Below, one piece after another: positions 39,601-48,805 of a stretch of DNA of 64,000 nt; within the stretch, counting starts at the first letter, position 1; each line of letters begins with the position of its first letter. A program made the translations under genes and the position numbers. The notes under the pieces are model-generated. The model did not search any database. It worked only from the letters and a program-made list of their open reading frames with translations, and was not told where the DNA came from. Origin of the DNA: Parcubacteria group bacterium (lineage in GTDB: Bacteria; Patescibacteriota; Patescibacteriia; UBA9934; GWF2-40-263); assembly GCA_013204395.1 (NCBI GenBank), contig JABMNZ010000008.1, positions 15,014-79,013 of the forward strand, written 5' to 3'.

Positions 39601-42600
39601 AACAGAAGTTCTAGATCTGACAGTAACTGCAGCAGAGAATGATGGGGCTGAGATTAATTTTACTCTTGGTAATGATGCTGATGCTGACATAGTAAACGCT
39701 CTTGAGATTCGAGCTACATCAGCTTCCACGGGTGATGCGGATGTGCTTAGGGGTATAAATATCGCCCAGCTTTCTTCCTCTGATCCTACTGTTTCAGAAA
39801 TTGCTCTTAGAATAGCGAATGGGTGGGATTCAAATCTTACGTTCGCAGACACATCAACATTTATTGATATCTTGGACACAGGAGTTTTTACATTTAGAGA
39901 GCTTGGTGGCAACAATACCCTCATGACCCTCACAGATAATGCCAACGTCGGAGATCTTGCGCTTACCGGTGACCTTACCGTTAATGGTGACGACATTTCG
40001 TCAGATTCAAATCTATCCATTGCGGCAACGGGGTATGTCCGTATTGGGGACTCTGGAACACCGGGTTCTGCATCTGATGACGATTCTCTTTATGTGGAGG
40101 GTAAGCTTGAAGTAGATGCAACATCAACCTTCGATGGTGTTGTACTTGGAAATAATGACACTACCTTCACTCTATCAGGAACAAATAATTTTCTTATTGA
40201 AAATGGAAGCGCTACTAGTGATTTATTTAGTGTTAAAATAAGTTCAGCACAAAGCAATGGTGAGACGATTCAGTTCGGTCTGGCAGATGATGGTGATGCA
40301 GATACTCTTTCTGCGCTTAATATAGCCGTAACGTCTGCAGCCACAGGTGATGCGGATGTGCTAAGTGCTCTTAACATTGCAAACCTAGCTTCAGCAGATG
40401 GGACGGTTATTGAGACAGCGATTATTATAGGAACTGGTTGGGATACGGGAATTTCCCTTGGAGCTAACTCAATTGTCGGCACAACTGGATTGATTGATTA
40501 CACCAACTTCGATGTTCTTGCTACGGGTGCAATTCAGGTAACACCAAACGTGGGACTAGATACCAATGCGGGGGGGGTGCTTTCTCTTGCTACTACAAAT
40601 GCGACTTCGATTACCACTGGTAACGCGCTGACAACATTCTCGCTTGCGGGCACAGGACTCACAACACTGAATATTGCTACAGCTAACTCTACGGCAGCCA
40701 CACTGAACCTTGCGACTTCTAATCAGGCAAACGTTATTAATATCGGAACGGGTACGGGTATCGATGATATTAATATTGGAGGAGGAGGAACGGGGGTTGA
40801 TACGATAAATATCGGAGATTCTACAGCAACAGTTGCTATACAAGGTGGTTCGATTACATTCACGCCAGGTGATGATGATGGTTCTGGAAGTGGTAGTGAA
40901 GGAGGATTGGTAAAGATGGAATTGAGTCACACCGGAAGCCTTGCTTATGCTCAAGACCCTCAATTTCTGATTGAAGCAGACGGTCCAAGTAATAATAACT
41001 TTACGGGCGTATTTAAGATTGTTCATGCTCCGCCGTCAGATCGATCCGGTGCCTTTGACTTTGCGACTCAGTATATTCAGTTTGACGGAGTGGCAACAAC
41101 AGACAACACGACCCACCAAGCCATCGTAATTGACGGGAACCTTGCAGATGATGGTTCGGATGATAATTTTTATGCCTACGCCGCAAGAATAAATCAGGGT
41201 GACACTTCAGATGTCGCGGTCACTGGGTATGGTGCTGTAGGAGTCATGATTATCAATGAAAATAACACGACAACAGATGCGGGAGACAACTTAGCTGGAT
41301 TCTATTATGACAATCAAGATACGGACGCGGTAACCGTCGATGCATTTAAAGCTGTGTCCAGCGGATCCGCTATTACAGACGGTCTAGATGTCTCCGATTC
41401 AGATATTGTAAATGGTGTGAACGTTGGAGAAAACTTTGTTCTCTATAATGTCTATAGAACGTATGATCTCTCTGGTTCTGGGCTTGTTTGGGAAGATACA
41501 GATGGTAATGACCTCATGATCCTCTCTGATGCGGCGAATGAAGGAGATCTGCTTGCCACTGGAGACATCACAGCAGATGATTTTATCTGTACTGACTGTC
41601 TTGATTTCGCTGAGCTTGCTGATGCCCTTACCGTAGACGCTTCCACGTCCGTCACAATGAATAGCACTGACCAACTTCTTTTCACAAACGGCGGTACTGG
41701 AGACATTATTTTCAATCTTTCATCCACCGGAGATTTTGTGATTCAAGATGGTGGGAACACACGGTTTAGTGTGAACGATTCAGGTGTGACGACAATTGGA
41801 ACAGGGTCAGCTCCGACGGCAGACATGTTAGCTGTTACAAATGCTGGTTTTGCTACAACGACAACAGATGTTAATGCAGCTTCATTCATACACACAGCCT
41901 CGAATGTATCTTCCTCAGCGGTTTACATTGACGGAGCTTTTGCATCTACTACAACTGGTTTGACCTACAACATCTTGGAACTTGGCGCGATTACTCCAAC
42001 CAATACAACAGGAACAGACAATGTGAATGGACTTTTTATTGGGATAATGACTGATGCAACTGTAACAATTAAGTCAGCGGCAATAGATATTTCTACTGGT
42101 TGGGATGTTGATTTCTCTCTCCAAAATTCAGAATTCGTCAGTAACTCTACTGATGGAAAAGTACGTTTTGGTGGGAGTGGAGGTGCAAGCGATACTGATC
42201 TTGTCTTTAATCTTGATGATGCAACTGGTCCAGTACTCCAGTCTACAAGTGATGAGATTGAAATTGATGCCACACTTACCGTTGATTTGATGAATGTTGG
42301 GGCAACCCAGTTTGCCTTATGCCACCCAAACAGCGACTTGATTGATGAGGCGATTGGTGATTGTTCCGGCGCCCCTACGGCTGATTACGCTGAGCAATAC
42401 CCTGTAGCTGCTGGAGTAGGTTTTGGTGATATCGTGGTTCCGTCTACTACCGTGGTTGTCACCAACGATGGTGATGAGATTGTTCAGATGGTTAAGAGCA
42501 GTGAGCCTTACTCTGGCCCTGTTGTCGGCATTGTTTCAGATAACTTTGGGGACTTTACCTCCGCTGGTTACAACATAGATGAAAGTGATAACCCAATGCC

Positions 42601-44431
42601 CGTAGCTCTTGTTGGTCGTGTTCCGGTGAAGGTGACGGCTGAGGGGGGTGATATTTCTGTGGGTGATTACCTAACAACATCATCAACTCCAGGTGCTGCC
42701 ATGCGCGCAACAAAGGTTGGTCGTGTAATTGGTATGGCCTTAAGTGATTGGGATGGTGTGTCTGCAACCGTCATGGTGCAGGTTAACAATTCCTGGTCCA
42801 TGGGAGATGTGATTGGTACGGACGGCGTTTCCACACTCGTTACTGATAACGTCGTTATTTCTCAGTTGAACGAGGCGACAGCGCAGGACACATCTTTCTC
42901 TAGTTACGGATTAGCTCTTAGAGGAAGCGCTTGGGATGGAGATGAGGCGCAAGCGGTTGAGATGATGCTTCAGAACGTTGTTGAAGACGAAGACAATTAT
43001 CGGCTTAGCGTTCGCAATACAGCTGATTCAGAAGTCGCTTATATTACAAACGAAGGAATCATGCGTATTGCAGGTGACATGGTTATTGGCGGCAACTTGT
43101 ATCCTTCAGATAGAGGAGTGCCACAGACGGACAAATATATTTATTACGATGGATCAGCGGGGCCAGGTGGAGACTTCATGCGTACCAACGCTAGCGGTTG
43201 GTCTACGGGGAGTTATGACTTTGCTGAAATGTTCCCATCCACGCAGAAACTAACAGCAGGTGAGTTGGTTGCCTTCTCGGGTAGTGGTCACAACGTACAA
43301 CGTGCAACAGGTGCAGAGGGTGAACAGCTTGCTGGAATCATTTCTACCCGTCCTGGGTTCTTGGCGGGCGAAAACATAGAAGGGGCGTATCCAGTGGCAT
43401 TAGCCGGTCGTGTTCCAACACGTGTAAGTACAGAAGGAGGAGCCATTGCCGTAGGTGATCCTCTTACCATTTCATCTTCACAAGGAATTGCCATGAAGGC
43501 GAAAGAAGCTGGCATGATCGTTGGTTATGCCCTTGAGGCTTATCGCGGTGGATCAGATAACTTGATTCTTACCTATGTGAATCTTAGTTACTGGGTTGGT
43601 GAGACAACAAGCGTCATGCCTGGTACAGATAATCGCGCCTCTGGCTTTGCCACATCTGGAACGAGCAACTTCACCAGCCTGAACATGAGCGGCAACATCT
43701 ATATGGGAACGAATTCCATCACTGGAATCGGTCGTCTTGAGGGTCTTACTGATGCTTGGTCTATTGAGCAGGATGGAACCATTACAACCACTGGTTTGAT
43801 TGTGAGTCTCGCAGAAAATTATCAGGGGGACCAAGTCGAGACCATGGCGGTTACATCTCCTGAGGTCATGATCACTCTTACCGGCACAGCGATTCTTGAA
43901 GACGGTCAGGCTGAAGTTCGATTCGAACAAGTCGCACCAGAATTTAACGACATAATTAGTGCAGAGGCACCGATTCGAGTACTCGTTACTCCAAGTGGAC
44001 CGGTTTCTCTCTATGTCTCAGAAAAAGATCAGAACCACTTTGTGGTAACTCGATTTGCTGGTGAGGGAGATGTCGAATTCGATTGGATGGTCACCGCCTA
44101 TCGTCGTGGTTACGAGCCAGAAGAAATCGAAGAAGTGATAGAGGAGGAGATGGTTGATGAAGTTATCATCGAACCTGTCGTTGAAACGGTGCTCGTGGAG
44201 GACGAACTATCCACTGAGCCTGTCGAAGTGGTCGTAGAAGAAGTCGTCGAAGAGATTGAAGTTATCCAGCCAGTCGAGACAGATCTCACGACATTGTTTA
44301 TTGAGTTAACAGAAGAAGTAGTCGAAGATCCTGTAGATCCTGCAACTCCGGAGAGCCCGGATGAAATCCTTATTGATGAGACAAGTGAGGTTGATGGCGG
44401 CGAATCAGTCGAGACACCACCAAACTTGTAA
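36674..44431 (+). CDS. Giant (about 2585 aa from ATG 36674) secreted repetitive surface protein, adhesin/fibre-like, with a duplicated C-terminal module
   Basis: RBS AGGAGG then ATG 36674 and signal peptide MLLKRSTQFVTLTLVILSLMAVFG. Long internal DNA and protein repeats (CNDCLDFAELSDALTLDASTSITMDSTDQLL[IV]TNGG[TA]GDVIFNLSS[ST]GDFVIQD, three times). A duplicated C-terminal module begins DYAEQYPVAAGVGFGDIVVP... and again YDFAEMFPSTQKLTAGELVAF... The acidic EEVVEE tail ends the protein. Confidence 0.75.
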   Translation: MLLKRSTQFVTLTLVILSLMAVFGVVLSAAPPNVVTYQGRVLDTNGVPSSSSSLTMKFFFYDASSSGTCLWSNSSADCDSNTPASTTGRSVTLTTGLFTQNLGDTSDSFAAVADSVFGDNTSVYLEVDIAGETLSPRKRLTAAPYAINAQRLDGIDSTGFLASTGDTGTGIFDFTAATLAGASPFVFEGTTANDFETTFTFTDPTGDNVYTFKDGSGTIAFTSDISGTGLWEDGVSGVFEDDEAVIIGSNAAFTYGSGGVGDLQVFDELEVMGDTFIDNDLVVGASTSSTETLSHTSFTLDGDDLFVAGTLGVEGVVYSDGGFTASTTTTFGAGAITTTGSTDLALTIAGGDLTFAQNTTIGDGGDTIAISTSDWNITATGNLSGIGTIATDGDATLGADLIISSGVRIGTGSTPASFTALANDSLFVEGAIEVDGAARFDSTMDINGIPSIGADITFNAATPTIVITNGETFAITDGTNTLFSLVDGGTGGNLILTGDLTIAGDDLTMDTNTAGFLLVGDGTNYNPVDISGDIDLDSSGVATVQANSVALSTDTTGNYVATVSDAGNGTITVGGAAGEGTVITLDAVNVNCNDCLDFAELSDALTLDASTSITMDSTDQLLITNGGTGDVIFNLSSTGDFVIQDNGTPSFTASDNGAFTFDGAVTFNSATTHTLATSESIAISNNTATADTFDISVTAAGNDAQEINFTLGNDGDNDTVNALEINVTSATTGEEDVIRGLHIAPLSSADASVTEQALVIGSGWDTNLFFNDTSTVIELADTGVITWREAGGTNTLMTLTDNANVGDLLISGDFTIQGDNLDSAGAPLVLNATAADEVRVGTGTPGVATGAGDFYVTSDIEADGNLNIAGSATIGSLVCNDCFDFTEFADALALDASTSITMDSTDQLLVTNGGAGDVIFNLSSSGDFVIQDGATPIFTAGGDGTFTFDGATTFNTDVTYTLVATENVAITNTSAETEVLDLTVTAAENDGAEINFTLGNDADADIVNALEIRATSASTGDADVLRGINIAQLSSSDPTVSEIALRIANGWDSNLTFADTSTFIDILDTGVFTFRELGGNNTLMTLTDNANVGDLALTGDLTVNGDDISSDSNLSIAATGYVRIGDSGTPGSASDDDSLYVEGKLEVDATSTFDGVVLGNNDTTFTLSGTNNFLIENGSATSDLFSVKISSAQSNGETIQFGLADDGDADTLSALNIAVTSAATGDADVLSALNIANLASADGTVIETAIIIGTGWDTGISLGANSIVGTTGLIDYTNFDVLATGAIQVTPNVGLDTNAGGVLSLATTNATSITTGNALTTFSLAGTGLTTLNIATANSTAATLNLATSNQANVINIGTGTGIDDINIGGGGTGVDTINIGDSTATVAIQGGSITFTPGDDDGSGSGSEGGLVKMELSHTGSLAYAQDPQFLIEADGPSNNNFTGVFKIVHAPPSDRSGAFDFATQYIQFDGVATTDNTTHQAIVIDGNLADDGSDDNFYAYAARINQGDTSDVAVTGYGAVGVMIINENNTTTDAGDNLAGFYYDNQDTDAVTVDAFKAVSSGSAITDGLDVSDSDIVNGVNVGENFVLYNVYRTYDLSGSGLVWEDTDGNDLMILSDAANEGDLLATGDITADDFICTDCLDFAELADALTVDASTSVTMNSTDQLLFTNGGTGDIIFNLSSTGDFVIQDGGNTRFSVNDSGVTTIGTGSAPTADMLAVTNAGFATTTTDVNAASFIHTASNVSSSAVYIDGAFASTTTGLTYNILELGAITPTNTTGTDNVNGLFIGIMTDATVTIKSAAIDISTGWDVDFSLQNSEFVSNSTDGKVRFGGSGGASDTDLVFNLDDATGPVLQSTSDEIEIDATLTVDLMNVGATQFALCHPNSDLIDEAIGDCSGAPTADYAEQYPVAAGVGFGDIVVPSTTVVVTNDGDEIVQMVKSSEPYSGPVVGIVSDNFGDFTSAGYNIDESDNPMPVALVGRVPVKVTAEGGDISVGDYLTTSSTPGAAMRATKVGRVIGMALSDWDGVSATVMVQVNNSWSMGDVIGTDGVSTLVTDNVVISQLNEATAQDTSFSSYGLALRGSAWDGDEAQAVEMMLQNVVEDEDNYRLSVRNTADSEVAYITNEGIMRIAGDMVIGGNLYPSDRGVPQTDKYIYYDGSAGPGGDFMRTNASGWSTGSYDFAEMFPSTQKLTAGELVAFSGSGHNVQRATGAEGEQLAGIISTRPGFLAGENIEGAYPVALAGRVPTRVSTEGGAIAVGDPLTISSSQGIAMKAKEAGMIVGYALEAYRGGSDNLILTYVNLSYWVGETTSVMPGTDNRASGFATSGTSNFTSLNMSGNIYMGTNSITGIGRLEGLTDAWSIEQDGTITTTGLIVSLAENYQGDQVETMAVTSPEVMITLTGTAILEDGQAEVRFEQVAPEFNDIISAEAPIRVLVTPSGPVSLYVSEKDQNHFVVTRFAGEGDVEFDWMVTAYRRGYEPEEIEEVIEEEMVDEVIIEPVVETVLVEDELSTEPVEVVVEEVVEEIEVIQPVETDLTTLFIELTEEVVEDPVDPATPESPDEILIDETSEVDGGESVETPPNL
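38495..38539 (+). repeat. 45-nt segment identical to 39356-39400, at the core of the roughly 160-nt units repeated at about 38447, 39308 and 41588 inside the giant gene
   Basis: gacgcctccacatccataaccatggatagcacggaccaacttctt is identical in both copies. A second family, accctcatgaccctcacagataatgccaacgtcgg, occurs at about 39055 and about 39917. Confidence 0.7.
39356..39400 (+). repeat. Second copy of the 45-nt identical intragenic repeat
   Basis: See the 38495 entry. Confidence 0.7.
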
Positions 44432-44445
44432 TATCAAAAACTATT

Positions 44446-44648
44446 GATACGTAAACAGAAGGGGTCTCTGCAAGAATCTAGTGCGAGGTCAAAGTGAGGA
44501 ATTTTGCTCAGAGTTTTTTTCAAGATGACGAAGTGATATGGAAATATCATTGAGGAGTCATGAAAGAAACTCTGAGTGAAATGACCGCTTTGGGGCCGTG
44601 CTAGATTCTTGCAGAGGTCCCAAAGTCACACGACCTCCTACACGTATC
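44446..44648 (+). repeat. About 200-nt nested inverted-repeat element downstream of the giant gene (structured RNA or MITE-like candidate)
   Basis: Outer arms gatacgt...acgtatc. A 16-bp perfect stem ctctgcaagaatctag (44466-44481) pairs with ctagattcttgcagag (44601-44616). An inner 10-bp stem ctcagagttt (44507-16) pairs with aaactctgag (44567-76). Sub-hairpins gaggtc..gacctc and tgatat..atatca add to it. Confidence 0.5.
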
Positions 44649-45021
44649 AAAACGCTCTTTTAGATAATCTTATCGGGCCACTCAGTTCTTCTTTATTAAA
44701 GGAGGATCGTGATGGCCCGTACAGAGGCTCCATGCTTCCTCTGTAGTGGTACGCAGCCATATGAGGTTCACACAATGAAACTCTGGCATACCCAGTCTAG
44801 CGTTGCTAGGCATGTTTGCCACGCAAGGAAGATGTTCAAGGCTATACAGATCGCTCTTGTATGACCTTGGATGGGTCTTTAGGGCCCACACAATTGAATA
44901 GCAAAGAAACGTGAGAACCCCACACTCGCGTTCTTTGCATTCTGGGGGTTTTTAAAATTGGCGGATTTGAGATCTATGAGTGCCTTGTGAACAACGTTTC
45001 TCTCTAGTCCTGTTATAATAG

Positions 45022-47400
45022 GTGCATATGAATTCTTGGGGAGAACATTTGCGATCAGCTACACGAGGTTGTTTATACCTGCTCGTTTTTTTATTGCCAT
45101 TGATCGCCTTGTCGGTCTCGCTTGAACCCCTTGAATTCAACAAACAAACACTTCTCTTGCTGCTGACATCAGGGGCTGCTCTGTGTTGGCTGGGATCCAT
45201 GGTCGTTGAAAAAAGACTTACGTTCAAACGAGGGCTCATGAACGCACTGCCGCTTGTGTGGGTGGGCGCGTTTATTCTTCCCGCCATCTACTCCATTGCT
45301 CCCTATGTATCTTGGGTTGGCACACACTCTCAGCAGTATGTAAGTGTTTTAACCGCTGGAGCTGTGGCTGTCTTGATGTACCTACTGGCTAACACCTCTA
45401 CAACCAGGGCACATCATCAGCGCATGCACAGTGTCATAACACTCTCAGCAGCCGCGACAGCCCTAGCGACGACATCATTACTGTTCTTCGGTGTTTCTTT
45501 TTTTGGGTCACTTACAGAATCACTGGCTTTTAATAGCGTCGGAACATTAGCGAGCTTGGCTATTTTTCTTACTGCCGTAACGAGCTTTCTTATTGCTTCT
45601 TTGGTGGCACATGAAAAGGAAGATTCGTTATTAGCCGATGGCGTTTGGGGAAAATTTCAAAAGTTGTTCATTCTATTTCTTGCGATCGACACATTTGTTA
45701 TTTTGCTTTTGATCGATAATAAGGGGCTGTGGCTCCTGTGGGTTGTGGCGATGCTCATCCCATTTGTCTTTGCCTTTTTTCGCGCAAAGGATTTTTCGCA
45801 CCAAGAGAGACTGCTTTTCCCGCTGGTTCTTGCCGTTGCTGCCTTACCCTTCTGGTTTTTCTTAGCCTCTCCACTCACGATCGCGATTCCCATTGAAGTG
45901 AGTCCTGACACAGAAAGTTCGATGGCCATTGCCCAGCAGGCCCTTGATACGCATTCTAGTAGTTATGGATCTGGACCCGGAACCTATGCCATGGACTACG
46001 CACGGTTCCACGATGAACGTGTTAATCAAACAGACTTTTGGAACACAAGATTTGATCGAGCTTCATCTCACGTACTCACATTGCTCCCAACCATGGGTAC
46101 CCTTGGAGTGAGTTTGCTTGGTTTGTTTGTACTTATTTTGTTTATGAGAGCCATCCACCAAACATTGGTGAAACCAGGGCGGGATGAATGGTTGGAGAGT
46201 TTCGTCCACATAACTCCTTGGATCGTTCTAGTAATAAGCGCCTTTCTTTTCCCCTGGAACATGACCCTTACGGTATTATTTGGTGTCTTCTCTGGGCTTC
46301 TTTTATCACAAACACTTCCGCGGTCAACAAACAGATCATTTGATAAGTCTCCCGCCCTTGCTCTTCTTGCCTCAACGCTATTAGTGGCTCTTTCACTGGG
46401 GCTCTTAGTGGGTGTGTTTGTTACCACTCAACGCTATGTGGCTCAGCGAGCATTTGCCCAGGCTGTAGAAATCGATCGGTCTGGAGGTGAGCTAAAGGAT
46501 ATTGTGGCTTCCCTGGACAAAGCAACATCTCTTAATCGATTTGACGATACTTATTTCCGTAATCTTGCTGATGCACTTTTGCTTCGCACCGATGAAGAAC
46601 TCAAGGGGGTTAATAGTGTTGATACCCTCACACCTGAAAGTGCTCAGTACATCCAATCGCTTGTTGCCGCAACTGTTAATGCAGCGGCGCGCGCCACAGA
46701 TCTCTCACCAGAGAATGCATTAAATTGGCTTGTTCGTGGTCGGATTTATCAAGAACTTATTCCCATCATGAGCACGGCATCAGAATTTTCCATTTCGAGT
46801 TTTGTTCGGGCGGTGGAACTTGAACCACTGAATCCTTCGCACTGGACTGAACTAGGAATAGCTTATCTCGCCGTCGCCCAGCATATCCAACCAATGACAG
46901 CGGCAGAAGATAAAGAGGCGGCGGCTCAGGCACTTACCACGCACACAGAGTTTCTTGCTTCTGCTCAAAGTTCATTTATTAGGGCGACGGAACTAAAACC
47001 AAACTACGCTCAAGCTCACTATCAACTATCATTGGCTTTTCAGAGGCAGGGTCGCATTGATGAGGCTATTACAAAAATGGAAAGCGTGGCAGCTTATAAT
47101 CAAATTGATGTTGGTGTGCTATTCCAGTTGGGTCTCCTATACCTACAAAGAGGGGATGCTGGTGATGTGGCACTCGCTCAAGCTGCTCTAGAGAGAACTA
47201 TTTCTTTAGCCCCAAGTTATGCAAATGCTTACTGGTTCTTAGCAACGGTGTACGAGGCACAGGGAGATCTTAGTCGCGCAGTGCAAGCAGTTGAGGCTGT
47301 TCTGAGTCTTGAGCCAAATAATCGTCTAGTACAAACACGTCTAGATCGTCTCCTGCAAGGTAATCCAACTGGGGAGTTACCAGAGGCACTAGTAGAATAA
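45022..47400 (+). CDS. Polytopic membrane protein (O-antigen ligase/Wzy-like) fused to C-terminal TPR repeats. GTG 45022 is the track start; an ATG at 45028 is also possible
   Basis: The N-terminal roughly 450 aa holds 10 or more TM helices. The C-terminal roughly 300 aa has TPR-like repeats (AQAHYQLSLAFQRQGRIDEAI..., ANAYWFLATVYEAQGDLSRAV...). Confidence 0.65.
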   Translation: MHMNSWGEHLRSATRGCLYLLVFLLPLIALSVSLEPLEFNKQTLLLLLTSGAALCWLGSMVVEKRLTFKRGLMNALPLVWVGAFILPAIYSIAPYVSWVGTHSQQYVSVLTAGAVAVLMYLLANTSTTRAHHQRMHSVITLSAAATALATTSLLFFGVSFFGSLTESLAFNSVGTLASLAIFLTAVTSFLIASLVAHEKEDSLLADGVWGKFQKLFILFLAIDTFVILLLIDNKGLWLLWVVAMLIPFVFAFFRAKDFSHQERLLFPLVLAVAALPFWFFLASPLTIAIPIEVSPDTESSMAIAQQALDTHSSSYGSGPGTYAMDYARFHDERVNQTDFWNTRFDRASSHVLTLLPTMGTLGVSLLGLFVLILFMRAIHQTLVKPGRDEWLESFVHITPWIVLVISAFLFPWNMTLTVLFGVFSGLLLSQTLPRSTNRSFDKSPALALLASTLLVALSLGLLVGVFVTTQRYVAQRAFAQAVEIDRSGGELKDIVASLDKATSLNRFDDTYFRNLADALLLRTDEELKGVNSVDTLTPESAQYIQSLVAATVNAAARATDLSPENALNWLVRGRIYQELIPIMSTASEFSISSFVRAVELEPLNPSHWTELGIAYLAVAQHIQPMTAAEDKEAAAQALTTHTEFLASAQSSFIRATELKPNYAQAHYQLSLAFQRQGRIDEAITKMESVAAYNQIDVGVLFQLGLLYLQRGDAGDVALAQAALERTISLAPSYANAYWFLATVYEAQGDLSRAVQAVEAVLSLEPNNRLVQTRLDRLLQGNPTGELPEALVE

Positions 47401-47410
47401 AATCGATATC

Positions 47411-47438
47411 AAAAAAGCGAGCATAAGCTCGCTTTTTG
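47411..47438 (+). terminator. Rho-independent terminator after the TPR-membrane gene
   Basis: aaaaaa-gcgagc-ataa-gctcgc-ttttt. Confidence 0.65.
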
Positions 47439-47541
47439 ATTACAGTAGATACTGATGGAATGAGGATGGCCTGCCTGCCAGCCATAGCTTCATCACAGGA
47501 GTGCACAATACGTTCCCCTTCGCTGAAGCTTCGGAGGACAG

Positions 47542-47580
47542 CCGTCGCTCCATCAACTAACAATACTGATGGAGCGACGG
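47542..47580 (-). other. Perfect 14-bp hairpin immediately 3' of tRNA-Ala (processing/termination signal?)
   Basis: ccgtcgctccatca-N11-tgatggagcgacgg. No T-run follows on the tRNA strand. Confidence 0.4.
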
Positions 47581-47581
47581 C

Positions 47582-47657
<76 letters not shown>

Positions 47658-47856
47658 ATAACGATCTGCAGGATACCGTAAAGTTTTTCTCCTAGCAAAC
47701 CAATCGGAAAAAGAAAACCACCGCAGCCCGTCAAGATCGACGAACTACGGTGGAACACCCTGGTTACTCGTGCGAGGGGGATCCTCACCAGGGTGTTAGT
47801 GACTTGTCATGGACCCATCGTCCATTGAGTCGTGGTTATTGAATGTTGCTTGTCCT

Positions 47857-48555
47857 CTAGCCCATGGATCGAACGTGAGACCATCCACAGCCGAGCGCGA
47901 TCCACTCGAGTTGATGATCGAGGTTCAGTTGTCCGTGGAAGACGTGGCCTCTCTTACCGGTGAACTGCATGAGTAGCGGAGAGGACGCACCCTCACGGTA
48001 GACACCGAAGGGACTGGCCTTGAGAATACCGCCGTAGAGTGTGACGCTAGCGCCCGGTATTCCTCGGTTGATGTCCTGCAGGAGAATCGGCTCATCCGAT
48101 GGAAGCTTGATTCCTAGGACCTTGAGGTGCTGGGGCCAAGGAATCGAGTGCATGTTCGAGAGGGCTGAGAGCAGGATGTCTCGCGGGATTTCGTAGTCCA
48201 GCGCCAGTCGTGCTGATTGGCGTGCCTCCCACTCATCTGTTGGCGAGAGGAAGGTGTTGGTCCAAGAACAGCTCATTACCCATCTGTGCTTGGGGTTGTA
48301 TCCCACCACGTGCAGATGTCTGCCACTGAGGTCTTCGATGGTGAAGTTGAAGAGGCCTTCGCCGGTTCCTTGCTCGAGCATGAGCACGCGCCCGCGAGCT
48401 GAGACTTCCGTCCGCTCGTTTGTGCGGATACGGATCACGATCTCTCGGAGCATGCCCATGCAGATGGGGTCGACAACCGTCAGCAGTAGATCGAGCTTGT
48501 CTGGGCCCGATGTTACTGGAAAGCGCCCTGCGGCGCGGATTTCAGTTTCATCCAT
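47857..48555 (-). CDS. Hypothetical protein (GC-rich); start moved to ATG 48555 (MDETEIRAAG)
   Basis: Track ORF 47857..48687. The upstream in-frame extension overlaps a minus-strand terminator hairpin at 48599-48646 (gccccacacttcc..ggaagtatggggc + T-run). Confidence 0.45.
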   Translation of the reverse strand: MDETEIRAAGRFPVTSGPDKLDLLLTVVDPICMGMLREIVIRIRTNERTEVSARGRVLMLEQGTGEGLFNFTIEDLSGRHLHVVGYNPKHRWVMSCSWTNTFLSPTDEWEARQSARLALDYEIPRDILLSALSNMHSIPWPQHLKVLGIKLPSDEPILLQDINRGIPGASVTLYGGILKASPFGVYREGASSPLLMQFTGKRGHVFHGQLNLDHQLEWIALGCGWSHVRSMG

Positions 48556-48805
48556 TTTCTGTTCCCTTCGCGAACAGTTGTGCGACTCAATAAAGAAAAG
48601 CCCCACACTTCCTCCCTCACGCAAGAAAAGGAAGTATGGGGCGCCGGGCTGAGCCCGGCAGACCGAGCGATCCACGCTGGGGGGCATGGCTCTAGCTCGG
48701 CAAACCGAGACTTACCGCAGGGGTGACGTCTCGGTTTAGCACATGCACCTATTAGGCACGGCTGGTTAGTCCAGCCATGGGGGTCCCCTTAAGGGCATGT
48801 GGGTC

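Noticed and set aside
37624-41727. Minus-strand ORFs inside the giant gene (37624..38208, 38347..38574, 38602..39117, 39235..39435, 39550..40020, 41452..41727)
   Set aside because: They are antisense reflections of the repetitive coding sequence. Near-identical short products (MKMTSP[AV]PPLV.RSWSVL...) simply mirror the sense-strand repeats.
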